Positions 28,488 through 40,712 of a stretch of DNA of 64,000 bases are shown piece by piece. A program made the position numbers and the translations under genes. Origin of the DNA: an uncultured virus (IMG/VR IMGVR_UViG_3300038318_000302) (Duplodnaviria; Heunggongvirae; Uroviricota; Caudoviricetes). The stretch lies in the IMG/VR virus record IMGVR_UViG_3300038318_000302; one strand, 5' to 3'. Each line of letters begins with the position of its first letter. The stretch's first letter is position 1. The notes under the pieces were generated by a model. That model was given only the letters and a program-made list of their open reading frames with translations. It made no database searches and was not told the DNA's origin.

Positions 28488-29536
28488 ATCTTAGTTTATT
28501 TAATGTTAAAAGATACAATTTCAATATCTCTATTATGAAGTTTCTTAATGACAACTATCTTCCCATACTCTCTTTAAAAGAGCATTTTCATATAGATTAA
28601 TAACCTTTATTACACTTTCATTCATAAGATTATTATCCTTAGCAAAAGCAATTAATTTATTTAAAGTTATAAACTTACTTTCCATAGCAATTATATTTTG
28701 TTACTCTTGTCTTAGTCCTTTTAATAGTTACAATTTGTCCTATTTTATATTCTTTTTTTTTCATAACTATTCTATTTTTAATTCGTTTAATTCCTCAAAA
28801 TCTAATATCAGCAAACCACTCATCATCCCTGACTAGAACATAGTTCATAATACTGTTAACAATTTTCTTTGTGTTACAATCTGTAAATATCTGATGTTCT
28901 AACCTATAAGAATGATTCTTTCCGCTATTTAAAGGTTTTAAGTCTATTTCCATTCTATCAAGAATGTCATTAATTTTCTTATCTAACACATCATATTCAT
29001 CTATAGAAATATAGATATGTTCCCATTTACTAAAAAACTTGACAAGTCCTTCACTTCTATTATTTATATATTCCAATAATGGAATATCTGTACTTGGCGC
29101 AAATCTTAGTACTATTATTTTCTTTTCCATAATTGTAAGTTTATTCGTATCTATAAGTAACTAATTTAAAAATAAAATTAAAATCATCCCCTAATACAAT
29201 TGAATCTCTGCTTTCCACTGCAGATTTAGAAAATTCATATCCCGCAGGACAATTCTTTTTAGCAAATTCCCATAAGTTGATATTCGACCTATCGTATCCT
29301 TTTGGTAATTTAAAGGTAAATGTTTTAAAGACCTTCTTCTTTCCAATATTTTCTATTCCCTTATCAGGAACTACTATTGAACAATCTACATTAGATAATC
29401 TAGATAAAGCCTTTTGGAAATTCTCTGCAGATATTTCTACTTTAGCTATTACCATTCTAGAATTACCGTCTACTAATTCTATTGATGTAGAATTTTGATT
29501 TACCAATAAGGTAATTTTTCCATTTAAAGTTTTCAT

Positions 29537-29692
29537 AATCTTTATTTTTTTAAGTTCTATATTTAATTTCTACAGTAAAGGTACTAACTTTTTATCAATA
29601 GACAAAATTTTTTCCAATAAATTATTGGTTTAATGTTAATATTTAACTCTTTTTAATAAAAAGGAGTAATAATTTTCACAAACTATTACTCC
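29537..29692 (-). promoter_or_regulatory. Regulatory cassette, copy 5
   Basis: Conserved blocks, TACCTTTA, ggagtaata/tattactcc hairpin. Confidence 0.78.
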
Positions 29693-32600
29693 TGCACTCA
29701 TTAATATAAAAACTTAAAAAATATTTGTTTAAAGCGAATCAAACCTTTCTTTTTACTTTATAACTGACTATCTACAAATCTTATATTCTTTTTCTTGACG
29801 AATATAATATCTTCGGCATTATGTTTTCTGATTGGTTCTAAAAGTTTTACCTTATAACTAATTTCCGTCTCTCCTAATACCATTATCTTTATGATATTAG
29901 TTTGTAGGGTATTATAGAAGAAATTCTTTACGTTATGATAATACACCCCTCTCTTCGGCTTTTCTAAGTCTTTGTACATAATCTAATGTTCCTTAGAGTT
30001 CGTAGTCTTTAAATCTTGGTAAACTGTGTTAGAGGTTTTTTTAACCTCCTTATATAGATCGTAAGAATCGTCTAATAGTTCATTTTCATGAAATATCTTA
30101 TTACTTTTCTCCAAAGTGGACATCTTTGTCTTCAATTCTGCAGATAGGCTCTTTATATTATCCGCCATGGTAAATAAGAGATTCTTATCCTTTTGCTGAA
30201 CTAGAGCATTAATATCGGTAACTAGATAGTCCATTATATCACAGATAATGTAAAAAGCTATGCTAAAAATAGACATACTCTCCGTATCTTCTTTTGAAAG
30301 ATTTAGGTCTTTTATTGATAATTCCTTGTCTCCTAGATTTTCAACTAGATTCTGAAGAGCCTTTATCCTTATCTTATCAATAATCTTCTTTATTTCTAAT
30401 TCCTTATCATAGCGTTCTTTATTGCGCCATTCTTTTTCTTTCTTAAGAAGAATCTGTATATTTTTAGACTTAAAAAAAGCATTATTAAATTCAGACATTA
30501 CATTTTCAGGAATTTTTCCCTCAATGTCTTTTATATTATCTTCTTCCATAATATTATAGTTTTATTTTCTTAGTAAGGACAAGCTCTCCTATGTAACCAC
30601 GCTTTTTTATTTCGCTTAAGAGTTGATTATCGGTCAAGTAACTAAGTATATCACTGATAGGTTTTCCAATCAACTCTTCCGTGTTTAATTGTTCTTCTTC
30701 GTTGGTTTTATCTTCTACTTTTTTATTAGTTTTATTCTGTAATTTTAATTTTCTATCTATACACTTCTTACAAAATACTCCTACTCCTCCAATAGAGTTC
30801 TTTCTATTTGTAGCCTTAAAGTTAGAAAGTAAATACCAATGCTTACAATAAACACATCTTTTATATTTACGATTCTGTTTATCTACCATTAACGAAGAGG
30901 ATTCCTTTCCATCAGAAATCAATACACTTAATTCTAAATTCGTATCTGAAGAAATAATCTTCTTCTTTTTGATATGAATATCCCTTATAGGATTTTCTTT
31001 TTTAACGGAAACTTTATTTATTGGATTTCCGTTAACAAACATAGGTTCTTCTTTCATAACTTTATCATTCTATTAATTAAATCTTTTCCATTCCTAATAT
31101 CTCTCTTATATCTTTTACATTCCTTTATTAGTACAAAAACAATATAATTTCTCATAATCTTATCCTTCTATTCTATAAATTTTATTACATTTTGTACACT
31201 TATACAAATTGTCTTCATTATTAGAATCTAATTTCAAGAACTTTATTTTTCCACCACAAGAACATCTCCAACAGAAAATATTCTTAACAAAATTAAATAT
31301 TTTTCTCATAAGTCTTAATTATAGATAATCCTCAATATACTATCTTGATTAACTTTGATAGAATCTATTTGATTGCTAACTCTTTCTATCCTTCTATTGG
31401 TATCTAGATAAGAAATTGTCGACATACTTAACAGAAGAAAAATTAACCCTATTACAACTGCCTTAAAAAGATTATCATTATTTTCCATTTATTTAGAATT
31501 ATAACTGTTGATAAAATCCACTAAAAATTCAATTTCATTAGAACTCTTTTTATTATCAAAGAACTCTGAAATAGCATCATATAATTTAGCTTCTCTTGCA
31601 CTATTAAAACTTCTTCCTAAACATGTTCTAGAGAAAAAGGTTTTATAAGTAAAATCTTTACAATAAGAATTTGTAGCATATTGCTCACTCTTATCATATT
31701 TCCCAATAACTTTATTTAAGAGGGAATCTATCGCCACGTTATTCAATTTTTTATCTTTAAGTATTTTATTTACAAATTCCCTTCTAGCGTCGAAATATTC
31801 TCGTCTGGCTTCCTCCGCTTTCTTATCATTAGCGTTACTTTCTATTTTAATCATAATATTGTCTCCTATAATTAAAAGTTTTACAATTATTTATACTATT
31901 TCTTTTTACATTGCTACGATTGTCATAATTTAATCTTGACTTCCTAGCTCGTTTTTCTTTCGAAATCTTCTTATTCCTTAATGTTTGTCGCTCTAAAACT
32001 TCTTGATAATCATCTGAATAATGATTTTTTAAACTATGATACTTTCTATATCTATAGTCGTCATCTGTATTTGATAAGCGCTCTTCTATATATTCTCTCA
32101 TAATCTTAATTATTTAAAAGTTTTAAAATTGTATAAAGTGAAACTCTATTAGGATCTGTATATGAAGACTTTAATATAAGAAAATCCTGAACTTTATAAA
32201 AAGAGTTAGTTACACTTTGTTCTATATCAATAGAGAAATCTTCACCAAAATATAATATGTTATTATCTGATTTTGTAAATCTTATGATTTTTATATTACG
32301 TCTATTATCTATATTTATGTTATCCAAAATCTTTCTAACTTCATTTAAAGAATCAGGAAGTTTTTCATCCTTACAAATAAGCGCTACTTCTCTTCCTACA
32401 AGCATATTCCTATATTCATTTTCAGAAATAGGAATACATCCTGTTTTCTCTATTATAAATTTATCAAAGGGAGTTAGAGTATTCATAATCTTATTTTGTC
32501 CAATATTCAACAATAGAATAACATGTACTTCTCCTATTAGGCTTTCTTACAAGATAACCTATTCCATATTTTCCGAAATAGGGTTCTGGATTTAAATCGT

Positions 32601-32710
32601 CCTCATTCTTTCTACGAGAAACGTACCCTTTGAACAAAGAACTCTTAACTAAAGAGTAACCTTTTGATTTTAAATCTTCATATGTCATAATAATATTTTT
32701 TTAAATTCAC

Positions 32711-33151
32711 TTAATTTTCATACCAATTAGGAATTTCTTCATCCTTCTTTTCATTGTCAACCCAGATTATTATGCTATCCATCATAGTTTCATAATCTTT
32801 GTCAAATATTTTAAGATGATTTTCATCTGTATCTATAAGACTTTCCTCTACTCTTCCTACAGCCCTTAATCCTTCTCCGCCAAGAACATATCTTATAATT
32901 GCAATAAAATTTTTAAAAAATGGAGTAATTTTAAGGCGAGTCATTCCATCTATATCTTCATTATCTTCAATTTCTTCAACAGCATTTATATTACCGTTAT
33001 TGAATCTTTCGTAATAAAGTTCATTAGCAGCTCTCAACACTTCTCCTCTTAGAGATTTTGCCCTTCCTGTAGAAGGAACTAATTCTTTATACAGTTTATC
33101 AAGTTCCTTTTGGAACTTTCCATTCTCATTCCAATAATTTAAAGTTTCCAT
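32711..33151 (-). CDS. Conserved phage hypothetical protein
   Basis: 'YW...GK.Q......L...LVP..G......GE.LRA...LYYE.FNNGN.N'; first gene behind cassette copy 6. Confidence 0.65.
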   Translation of the reverse strand: METLNYWNENGKFQKELDKLYKELVPSTGRAKSLRGEVLRAANELYYERFNNGNINAVEEIEDNEDIDGMTRLKITPFFKNFIAIIRYVLGGEGLRAVGRVEESLIDTDENHLKIFDKDYETMMDSIIIWVDNEKKDEEIPNWYEN

Positions 33152-33294
33152 AATCTTTATTTTTTAAGTTTATATTTAATTTCTGTAGGTAAAGATACTA
33201 CTTATTTTCCAACAGACAAAATTTTTATCAATAAATCTTTGATATTTAACTCTTATTAAGAAATATTGGAAGAATTTAACTTATTCTTCCAATA
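33152..33294 (-). promoter_or_regulatory. Regulatory cassette, copy 6
   Basis: Conserved blocks plus tattggaagaat/attcttccaata hairpin. Confidence 0.78.
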
Positions 33295-33303
33295 AATACT
33301 CTT

Positions 33304-34497
33304 CTAAAGTCTTTTTCCTCCCTTAGTCTTAGAAGGGGGAACTTTATCTTTAGCAACGGCGAAATTACTCTTTCTAACCTTAAACCTATTAATTGGAGTA
33401 TAATCATCCGTAGTCTTGGGATTCTCGTGTCCTGATAATTCCTCGTTATATGCTGAAGTACGTTCCTCCGTTTTCTTCCTCTGCTCTCTTATCTTCTTCA
33501 AAAACAACTCCTTGACACTTTGTGCCTTGCTATGCTCCGTCTCTGTAATTGACTTTGGTTTTAGATCAGTAGTACTATCCTTATTCTCATTCTTCACTTC
33601 TATATCATTAAAATCATAATTTATCAAGCTAGGATAATTCATTTGCGCATTGGGATCAAAATCCCCACTAATTTGTACGAACTTATTATAATAACTATTA
33701 TGAAGACCCGCAATTAATTTAGCAGGATCATATTGCATACGAGCTGAAATACGTCCTAGTATTATCTCTTTAAGATTAATGGTTTTTAGAATTTCCTTCT
33801 GTATATGAGCGTTTATCTCTACGTTGATATTCATGTCGATAGCCCCATTGACATTAATAACATCCCCCTCGCTTTCCTTTCTTAACTGCTCAAGAGTCCT
33901 TAACATAGCATTATATGCCTCTACAGAATTCAAGGAGATATATCGCATCTTCATCTTGGAATACATCCATGCTAACTCTTCCAATCTGGGGCGCTTATTA
34001 TACAATCGTACATCTGCTACCTTGTTGCGAAACTCCTCACGCTTTCTCTCAACCTCTACTATGTTTTTCTTCAGTACCGCCCTTACTTCATCCTCATTGG
34101 TAATTACTTCATTATCCTCCCCCATTATCTTTACGACCTCAGCAACCGTAAACATTCTGCCAAGCAATTCTACAACATCACCCTCAAATGCAGATAAGGC
34201 ATTTAGATTCTTCTTTCTTCTTCCAATACTTCCAAAGGCTATTGCATGACTAGCATTCTTTTTCATTAGGAGCTTATTATACCTTGTTTTCATGTTCAAC
34301 AATGTTTCTTGCTCCTTTGGCGATAGATTCCCTATATACCTACGAAAATTTTGCGTAGCCATAGCAATATTAACAACACCACCATCACTAGTATCAATGA
34401 ACTTATTTTTCAATATCGGATGATTAACTAGGGCTATATATTTATAATACGCTTTTTTATTTACTACTCCATCAGGAATTTCTATTTTATTTTCCAT
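33304..34497 (-). CDS. DUF2280-like protein, candidate terminase small subunit
   Basis: HTH-like segment followed by 'REEF......VRLYNKRPRLEEL..MY' and 'LEQLRKE'. Confidence 0.45.
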   Translation of the reverse strand: MENKIEIPDGVVNKKAYYKYIALVNHPILKNKFIDTSDGGVVNIAMATQNFRRYIGNLSPKEQETLLNMKTRYNKLLMKKNASHAIAFGSIGRRKKNLNALSAFEGDVVELLGRMFTVAEVVKIMGEDNEVITNEDEVRAVLKKNIVEVERKREEFRNKVADVRLYNKRPRLEELAWMYSKMKMRYISLNSVEAYNAMLRTLEQLRKESEGDVINVNGAIDMNINVEINAHIQKEILKTINLKEIILGRISARMQYDPAKLIAGLHNSYYNKFVQISGDFDPNAQMNYPSLINYDFNDIEVKNENKDSTTDLKPKSITETEHSKAQSVKELFLKKIREQRKKTEERTSAYNEELSGHENPKTTDDYTPINRFKVRKSNFAVAKDKVPPSKTKGGKRL

Positions 34498-34814
34498 TAT
34501 ACCATTCTTTTACTACAGTTATTATTACAATAATAATAATTGTAAAACCTAATATGTTTCTTCTTTATCTTCCTCTTATTTCTATTTATCAATACCTAAA
34601 CAAAATAAAAAGTTCCAAGACCTACGTATTTCTACATATAAAATCTTGGAACTTTATACCCTTAAAATAATATCTTAATATAAATTATCAATAAATATAA
34701 CTTTGCTATTATAGATACTTTTATCTTACTTAATCTTTCTATCTTTTTTGTCGATCATAGTTTTTGCCGTCATGCCGGTAGCGCAGCATTATGTTGTTAG
34801 TATTATAAATTATA

Positions 34815-35261
34815 TTATTCGCGTACTCTGTAAGGATTATATCCGTCTCCACCTTCGTCCCAAAGGTTGTCGTAATTTCTCTCGAGTTTTCTTCTTTCCT
34901 GCTCCGGGATGTTCATGATTGGGTCGGACTCTTCTTTCTCTTCTTTTTCCGGTTCGCCCTCTGCAAGAATATCCTCCATAGTAAGGTTGATAATCTTATC
35001 ACAGTCTTCTTTGCTGATAGATACTGCGACGTGATCCTTGTCGCTTATCAGGAGCAGATAGCTTTTATAAGTTCCGGTCTTTACATTATAGGTTTTGCCC
35101 TCCAACGTCATTTCAATATTAGATGTATCATAATGTTCTGTTACCTCTACTCCATCCTCAGCTGTAATGCGCGTGTATGTTTCCATGCTACGTGTTACTT
35201 TGACGATGACCTCAGCACCTTTAGTACTCTTAATATTCAATGTAGTAACTTTGGTTTTCAT
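34815..35261 (-). CDS. Hypothetical protein
   Basis: 148-aa ORF ending 'YDNLWDEGGDGYNPY'; first gene behind cassette copy 7. Confidence 0.65.
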   Translation of the reverse strand: MKTKVTTLNIKSTKGAEVIVKVTRSMETYTRITAEDGVEVTEHYDTSNIEMTLEGKTYNVKTGTYKSYLLLISDKDHVAVSISKEDCDKIINLTMEDILAEGEPEKEEKEESDPIMNIPEQERRKLERNYDNLWDEGGDGYNPYRVRE

Positions 35262-35421
35262 AATTTTTATTTTTTAAGTTTATATTATTTCCTCTTATCT
35301 GTAGGTAAAGGTACTACTTATTTTCCAATAAACAAAATTTTTATCAATAAAACTTTGGTAAAATACGATTATTTAACTCTTATTAATAAATATTGGAAGA
35401 ATAAGTTAAATTCTTCCAATA
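35262..35421 (-). promoter_or_regulatory. Regulatory cassette, copy 7
   Basis: Conserved blocks; hairpin loop inverted relative to copies 6 and 8. Confidence 0.78.
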
Positions 35422-35435
35422 CTTATAAATTTTCT

Positions 35436-35921
35436 TTATTCCTCATAATCTTTATTCGTTCCTAGAAGATGTTTCGTTTTATCATTATAAGGAATACATT
35501 GCTCATATACAGGATTTATTGCTATCGTTTCATATCTATCTTTCAAAAAATAATCCCTCTTAACAATATTGGAGAATAATGCCGGTATCCATACATCACC
35601 ATCTAAATCCCTTACAAGAACCTTATCAAAAGGTCGAAAATTAAATTTATTCTCTTCCTTATCAATATTTATACTTAGAATATCATTGACAAAAATCTCC
35701 TTATAAGGATTTTTTAGAAAATAATTCATATAATAATCATAGCCAATATAATCAGTATCATTATCAATGAATAGGAATGGGGCATCTAAATTTGATACTA
35801 TTTTTCCATTACTTTCCCAATGATACCCAATATCAAATAGTTTTTCTTGTATAGCTTCACTCTTATCGGAAACATATACCTTTGTATTGTCTAAAATTTT
35901 TCTCGCTTCTTTTATTGTCAT
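35436..35921 (-). CDS. Hypothetical protein sharing its N-terminal domain with the dUTPase
   Basis: 'EARK.LD.TKV..SD.SE.IQ.KLF.IGY.W...GK......APFL.I'; C-terminal 'FRPFDKVLVRD'. Confidence 0.7.
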   Translation of the reverse strand: MTIKEARKILDNTKVYVSDKSEAIQEKLFDIGYHWESNGKIVSNLDAPFLFIDNDTDYIGYDYYMNYFLKNPYKEIFVNDILSINIDKEENKFNFRPFDKVLVRDLDGDVWIPALFSNIVKRDYFLKDRYETIAINPVYEQCIPYNDKTKHLLGTNKDYEE

Positions 35922-36178
35922 AATTTTTATTTTTTAAGTTATTTCTTTTTAGGTAATCCGATAATCTTAAATGTAACCCACATCTTTTTACCTACACTAT
36001 CAGTTTTCTCTGACTTAAGATGATATCCATCACTCCATTTACTAGGGTCACCTAGTTCACTAGCAGTACTATATCGAGTAAATTTATATCCATCACCTTG
36101 AATAACTCTTACTCTATATTTATCAAGATTCTCCTCACCGTCTTTAGGTAATGCAATTTTAACCATTTTCTTTTTCAT

Positions 36179-36341
36179 AATCTTTATTTTTTAAGTTTAT
36201 ATTCTTTATTCTTTATTTCTATAGGTAAAGGTACTACTTATTTTTTAACAAACAAAATTTTTATCAATAAATCTTTGATAAAATACAATTATTTAACTCT
36301 TATTAAGAAATATTGGAAGAATTTAACTTATTCTTCCAATA
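36179..36341 (-). promoter_or_regulatory. Regulatory cassette, copy 8
   Basis: Conserved blocks and hairpin. Confidence 0.78.
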
Positions 36342-36381
36342 AATATTTATTATCATTTTTTAATTATCGGATTACAAATCT

Positions 36382-36993
36382 TTACATTTTTTGTATATCT
36401 TCATGTAGTTCTTTTGCATTCTTATCTAATATATTTATCCATATTTTTTTTATATTATCATATTCATAATTATTATTATATTTTCCTTCTTCATAGAAAC
36501 TTATTGTTGATAATGATTCTTTGCTATAACCTGCTTTAAGTAAAGCATCAAAAGGAGATTCTCCTTTTAATTCTTTAAATTTACCAGTCCAAAAATAAAA
36601 AGTGTATATTTTATATTGTCCTTTATAGCTTCTTATACTTTGCTCTATCGTTCCTATTCCTGATACATTTTCTTTTAATTTCAGAAGATACCTTACATAA
36701 CTTAAATATTTTATCATTACTCTATCCCTTGCTATCTTCTTTCCAATACTTTCTGAAAACGTATCATTATCACTACATTTTGCTACACCTTCAAAAATCA
36801 TTCTATTATTTACAAAAATATTTCCATCCTTATCATACAAATTCTCCAAATACTTATGTCTTAAATCTATAAACATGGAATCATTTAATCTCAATCCATA
36901 TTTATCTTCAAGATAAGATATATTAAATGACTCTATGATAAGAGCGGTTACTTTCTTTCCCTCTACTTTATAATTAATTGTTACTTTCTTCAT
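36382..36993 (-). CDS. Hypothetical phage protein
   Basis: 'GVAKCS.ND.F...IGKKIA..R' motif common in phage proteins. Confidence 0.6.
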   Translation of the reverse strand: MKKVTINYKVEGKKVTALIIESFNISYLEDKYGLRLNDSMFIDLRHKYLENLYDKDGNIFVNNRMIFEGVAKCSDNDTFSESIGKKIARDRVMIKYLSYVRYLLKLKENVSGIGTIEQSIRSYKGQYKIYTFYFWTGKFKELKGESPFDALLKAGYSKESLSTISFYEEGKYNNNYEYDNIKKIWINILDKNAKELHEDIQKM

Positions 36994-38338
36994 AATTTTA
37001 TTATTTTTATTTATTATACCAAATCACATATTCATATTTAGGCATTGTTTCTTTCGTCCATTTAACTGCTTCTGAAGGTTCAACTACCTTATGTGACTTT
37101 CCAGTCTTTGCAGAAACAAGATTTCCCCATCCGTCATAGTCTATTAACAAACCGTTATCACAATCTTCCTTAAACTCTTTAATGGTCATTAGATCTGCAT
37201 ACTCAGGAATATTTAATTTACTTTTAAGTTTTTTATCATCTATCATTGCTGATTCTTTTTTAGTCATAATAAGATATTAAAAAAAACGGGGAGGTGATTC
37301 TTGACTCCCCTACAATAAAAGAACACATTTTTTTAATTGTTAATTATGTTATGAATCACTTTTAATAGTTTTCTTTGGTAACTTGTACTCTTTATAGTTC
37401 TCTTTTACAAGAGTATCTTTAGCCGTTATACTAATATATAATAAAATTTTATTATCATTAATAGGATTATTATCCGCTCTTATCATAATAATTTATTTTT
37501 TAATTTTTACGAATATTGCATTCTTACCATCTTTCCTATTCTCTGCTAAACATACGAGTTTTCTATTAAAAAGAGGACAAAATATCTCTTTCTCATAATG
37601 ACACCCTTTACAAGTATTTGTTCCCTCTACTAATTGTAGATCTTTCTTTCCCTCTTTTAGTATATCTCCTATTTCAGGCTCTTTGTCTAATTTCATAATT
37701 TATTATTAACTATTAAATACAATAATATTGCTGCGATAAAACCAATTAGAATAACGAATATGGAATAAAGAATCTTTTCTATTTTATCATCATTTTTTCT
37801 TACCCATAGACCTAATTGCCATAATCCTAAAAATAATAGACAAAAGATTCCTATCAATATAAGTACTCCGTTTTTTATCATCATTTTCTTTTCCTCCAAT
37901 ATCCTGTTTTACTATCCCAATAAATTCCTAAGCTATCAAGATGACTCTTTTGTTCATCGTCTATTTCGGTATAATTCCAATCCGTTCCATCTCCAGGTTC
38001 ACTAAGATAATCATTCAAATCAACAACATCTTTAGGAATAATCTTAATTCTATTTACATTTTTAGACTTAGATATACTTTGTATTCTCCTAGCCTTTGTA
38101 ATAATATTATAAGAATTACTTCTAAACTTATTTTCTTTATCTCCACATATCTTTGAAGTATCTACACTATCAACTTTTTCCTGATATGTTACCGTTCTTT
38201 GTATCTTATCTAATTTTTTATTACAACTAGATAGACAAAGAATCATTCCTATCAATATTAACGATTTATAATTTACCATAATTTATAAATTTAAATTGGA
38301 ATTATAAACTTTGGTAAAATATTTTTTTATTATAAAAT

Positions 38339-39463
38339 TTATATAGAATCGTACTTCTTTTTAAGTTTCGACACTTCTTCTATACTTAATAATGCACTTT
38401 CGTGAAGATAATTATCAAATATTTTATCGGCAAAATTCCTAATTTTTAATTTTGCCTCTGTAGTTAAATAAAATTCGCTATTTTCTTTTGACAATTTATT
38501 TAATTTAGGAAGAACTATTTTAGCAGCTTTCAACATTTTCTCACGATATTCAGGATTGAAATAATTTGAAGTTTCTTTGCGTTTAAATTCCTTTATATTA
38601 CTTTTAGCAATATCCCAAACATTAGAATTTTTACTTGAAATATCCCAAGTACAACTTGCAACTCTTCCCCAATGATCTGAAAAACGATAAATATTTCCTA
38701 TCTCATTATCAATTAGATATTCTGATTCCGATTTTGGACTTTTATGCCAAATATATTTACCGCTTTTTTTCATTGTGTCCCATTTATCATCAATATCTTT
38801 CCAAGATTCTTTTCCTGTTAATATACTTTTAAAAACAGTTTCGGTATCAAGATAATAATCATCGATAGTAACTTGAGGAATAATAATATTTGCCGAAGTA
38901 TATCTTGGAATTTTTTCTTTTACTGAATAAAATAAATTAAAAAATTCGTTTAATAATTTCGATAAATCGTCAACCCCATATTCCCTTTTTCCTATTTTTT
39001 CTTCTCTTGATTTTTTCTTATCGTTTTCTATAGAAGTTTTAATTTCTTTAATTTCATCGTGAAGATCTTTTTGTTCTTCTCTTATTCTTTGTACGAATTT
39101 ATTTTTTTGAATTTCATCACACCAGGCTCTTTCAAAAAATAATTTATAAGAAGTTGTTCCCCTTGTGTATTTACAATTAAGACTATTTTCAAAATCTCCC
39201 TTTATGTGTTCCCATTGATTTTGTTTATTTTTAACTTCTTCATTTATTTTTCTTATCATTGTTGAACTAGCTATTGCCTTTTCTTTTCCATTGGTAATTT
39301 TAACCCACTTTCCTCTTTCTATTTTCTTATAAGTTCCATCACTCCACTTTCTTATTTCTCCTATTGGAGCAACTGCTTTTTCAATATCAATATTAAAAGA
39401 CTTTAATATATTATTTCGAATATCATCTTTTCTTTTCTTAATATCATCACCACTATATTCCAT
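38339..39463 (-). CDS. Putative internal head protein
   Basis: Leader 'ILKSF..DIEKA..IGEIRKW....YKK...GKW'; C-terminal 'YRFSDHWGRVASCTW'. Confidence 0.45.
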   Translation of the reverse strand: MEYSGDDIKKRKDDIRNNILKSFNIDIEKAVAPIGEIRKWSDGTYKKIERGKWVKITNGKEKAIASSTMIRKINEEVKNKQNQWEHIKGDFENSLNCKYTRGTTSYKLFFERAWCDEIQKNKFVQRIREEQKDLHDEIKEIKTSIENDKKKSREEKIGKREYGVDDLSKLLNEFFNLFYSVKEKIPRYTSANIIIPQVTIDDYYLDTETVFKSILTGKESWKDIDDKWDTMKKSGKYIWHKSPKSESEYLIDNEIGNIYRFSDHWGRVASCTWDISSKNSNVWDIAKSNIKEFKRKETSNYFNPEYREKMLKAAKIVLPKLNKLSKENSEFYLTTEAKLKIRNFADKIFDNYLHESALLSIEEVSKLKKKYDSI

Positions 39464-39533
39464 AATAATTATTATTCTTAATATTATATCTAAATAATAC
39501 TTGTAACGATAAAAAAAAATATGATAGATTAAT

Positions 39534-40094
39534 TTAAATTTCAGATACTTTATTTATCATCTGCTCTATATCTGATATAGAATGATTAAAATAATTATTC
39601 AAGCTTTCTCTAACTTCATTCCATTCATCACGATTTTCTATTCCTCCTAATTTCATTAATTTTTTCATCAACCATATCTTATCATCATTCGTCATTATCC
39701 AATATCTACTATTTTCAATAAAATATTTATATGGTTCCTTTTTATCAAATTTATTTTTGTTATAGGCTCTAGAAGCTCCCACTATATCTGCATACATTTC
39801 TTTCATGTATTTTTCTGGAATCTTTACAACCTTAAATTTACCGTTCTTATAATTCCTATCTATCCAATATTCCCAATGGTGTTTATTATGGTTCTTGTGA
39901 TGAATCCAAGCTAATTGATATTCATAATTATTACCGTCTCTATTATAATATTTTGCCGAAGCGAAAAACTCTTGAGGAGAAAACTTCGATAAATCATGAA
40001 CTATTCCTAACCAAGGAATTCCTTCTTTACAACATTCTATAAAGACATAATATTTATGGCGACATATAATCTTAAAATAATTCCAATATTTCAT
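39534..40094 (-). CDS. DUF5662-like HD-type protein
   Basis: 'HDLSKFSP.EF', 'AWIHH...NKHHWEYW', 'EM.AD'. Confidence 0.7.
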   Translation of the reverse strand: MKYWNYFKIICRHKYYVFIECCKEGIPWLGIVHDLSKFSPQEFFASAKYYNRDGNNYEYQLAWIHHKNHNKHHWEYWIDRNYKNGKFKVVKIPEKYMKEMYADIVGASRAYNKNKFDKKEPYKYFIENSRYWIMTNDDKIWLMKKLMKLGGIENRDEWNEVRESLNNYFNHSISDIEQMINKVSEI

Positions 40095-40712
40095 TTTTAT
40101 TTATAAATTTTCTTTATCTCAGAAATATCTATATCAAACAATATTTTTCCATCCTTAGTGACTTCAATTTCCTTATCTCCATTACTATAACCATATTCAA
40201 CATATTTTGCTCCAATACATTTATTACACTTCTTCTTAATTTCTTCTTTTATTTTGTCAAAATATTTTATAGGTATAATAGAAGAATCATATTTACATTT
40301 CATATCTTCCCATTCGCCATCTTTATAAACAGAAAGATAAAGATAATTAACTTGTTGCATATTATTTTCTTTAATATTTTATTTGTCATAATATTTATAA
40401 TTTAATTATTTGTTTTATAAGAATCTATCATTTCCAAAGAATCTAGCCTAATTTTAAGATCAGATAAGTACTTATCAATACACCTACATATCTCTTTCAT
40501 TAGATCTTGATTATAACCATCTCCATTAGTTTTAAATGAAGCAACTACTTCGGAATAATCCCCTGATTTATTATTCACACTTAAATAAAAATTTTTCTTA
40601 CTATCTAAAATTTTTTTAATATTTTCCAGATGATTTATTCTATCAACTAGATTTGAAATTTTACTAACTTCTTCTACTGTCATAATATTTATAATTTAAT
40701 TATCATTATTTT

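Noticed and set aside
34756..34800. Self-cleaving ribozyme (twister or HDV-like) reading of the GC-rich motif
   Set aside because: I could not build the required pseudoknots or catalytic core by eye; kept only as an unassigned motif
8767..36341. Repeats read as a CRISPR array or insertion sequence ends
   Set aside because: Copies are dispersed, imperfect and always upstream of genes; there is no repeat-spacer periodicity, cas gene or transposase
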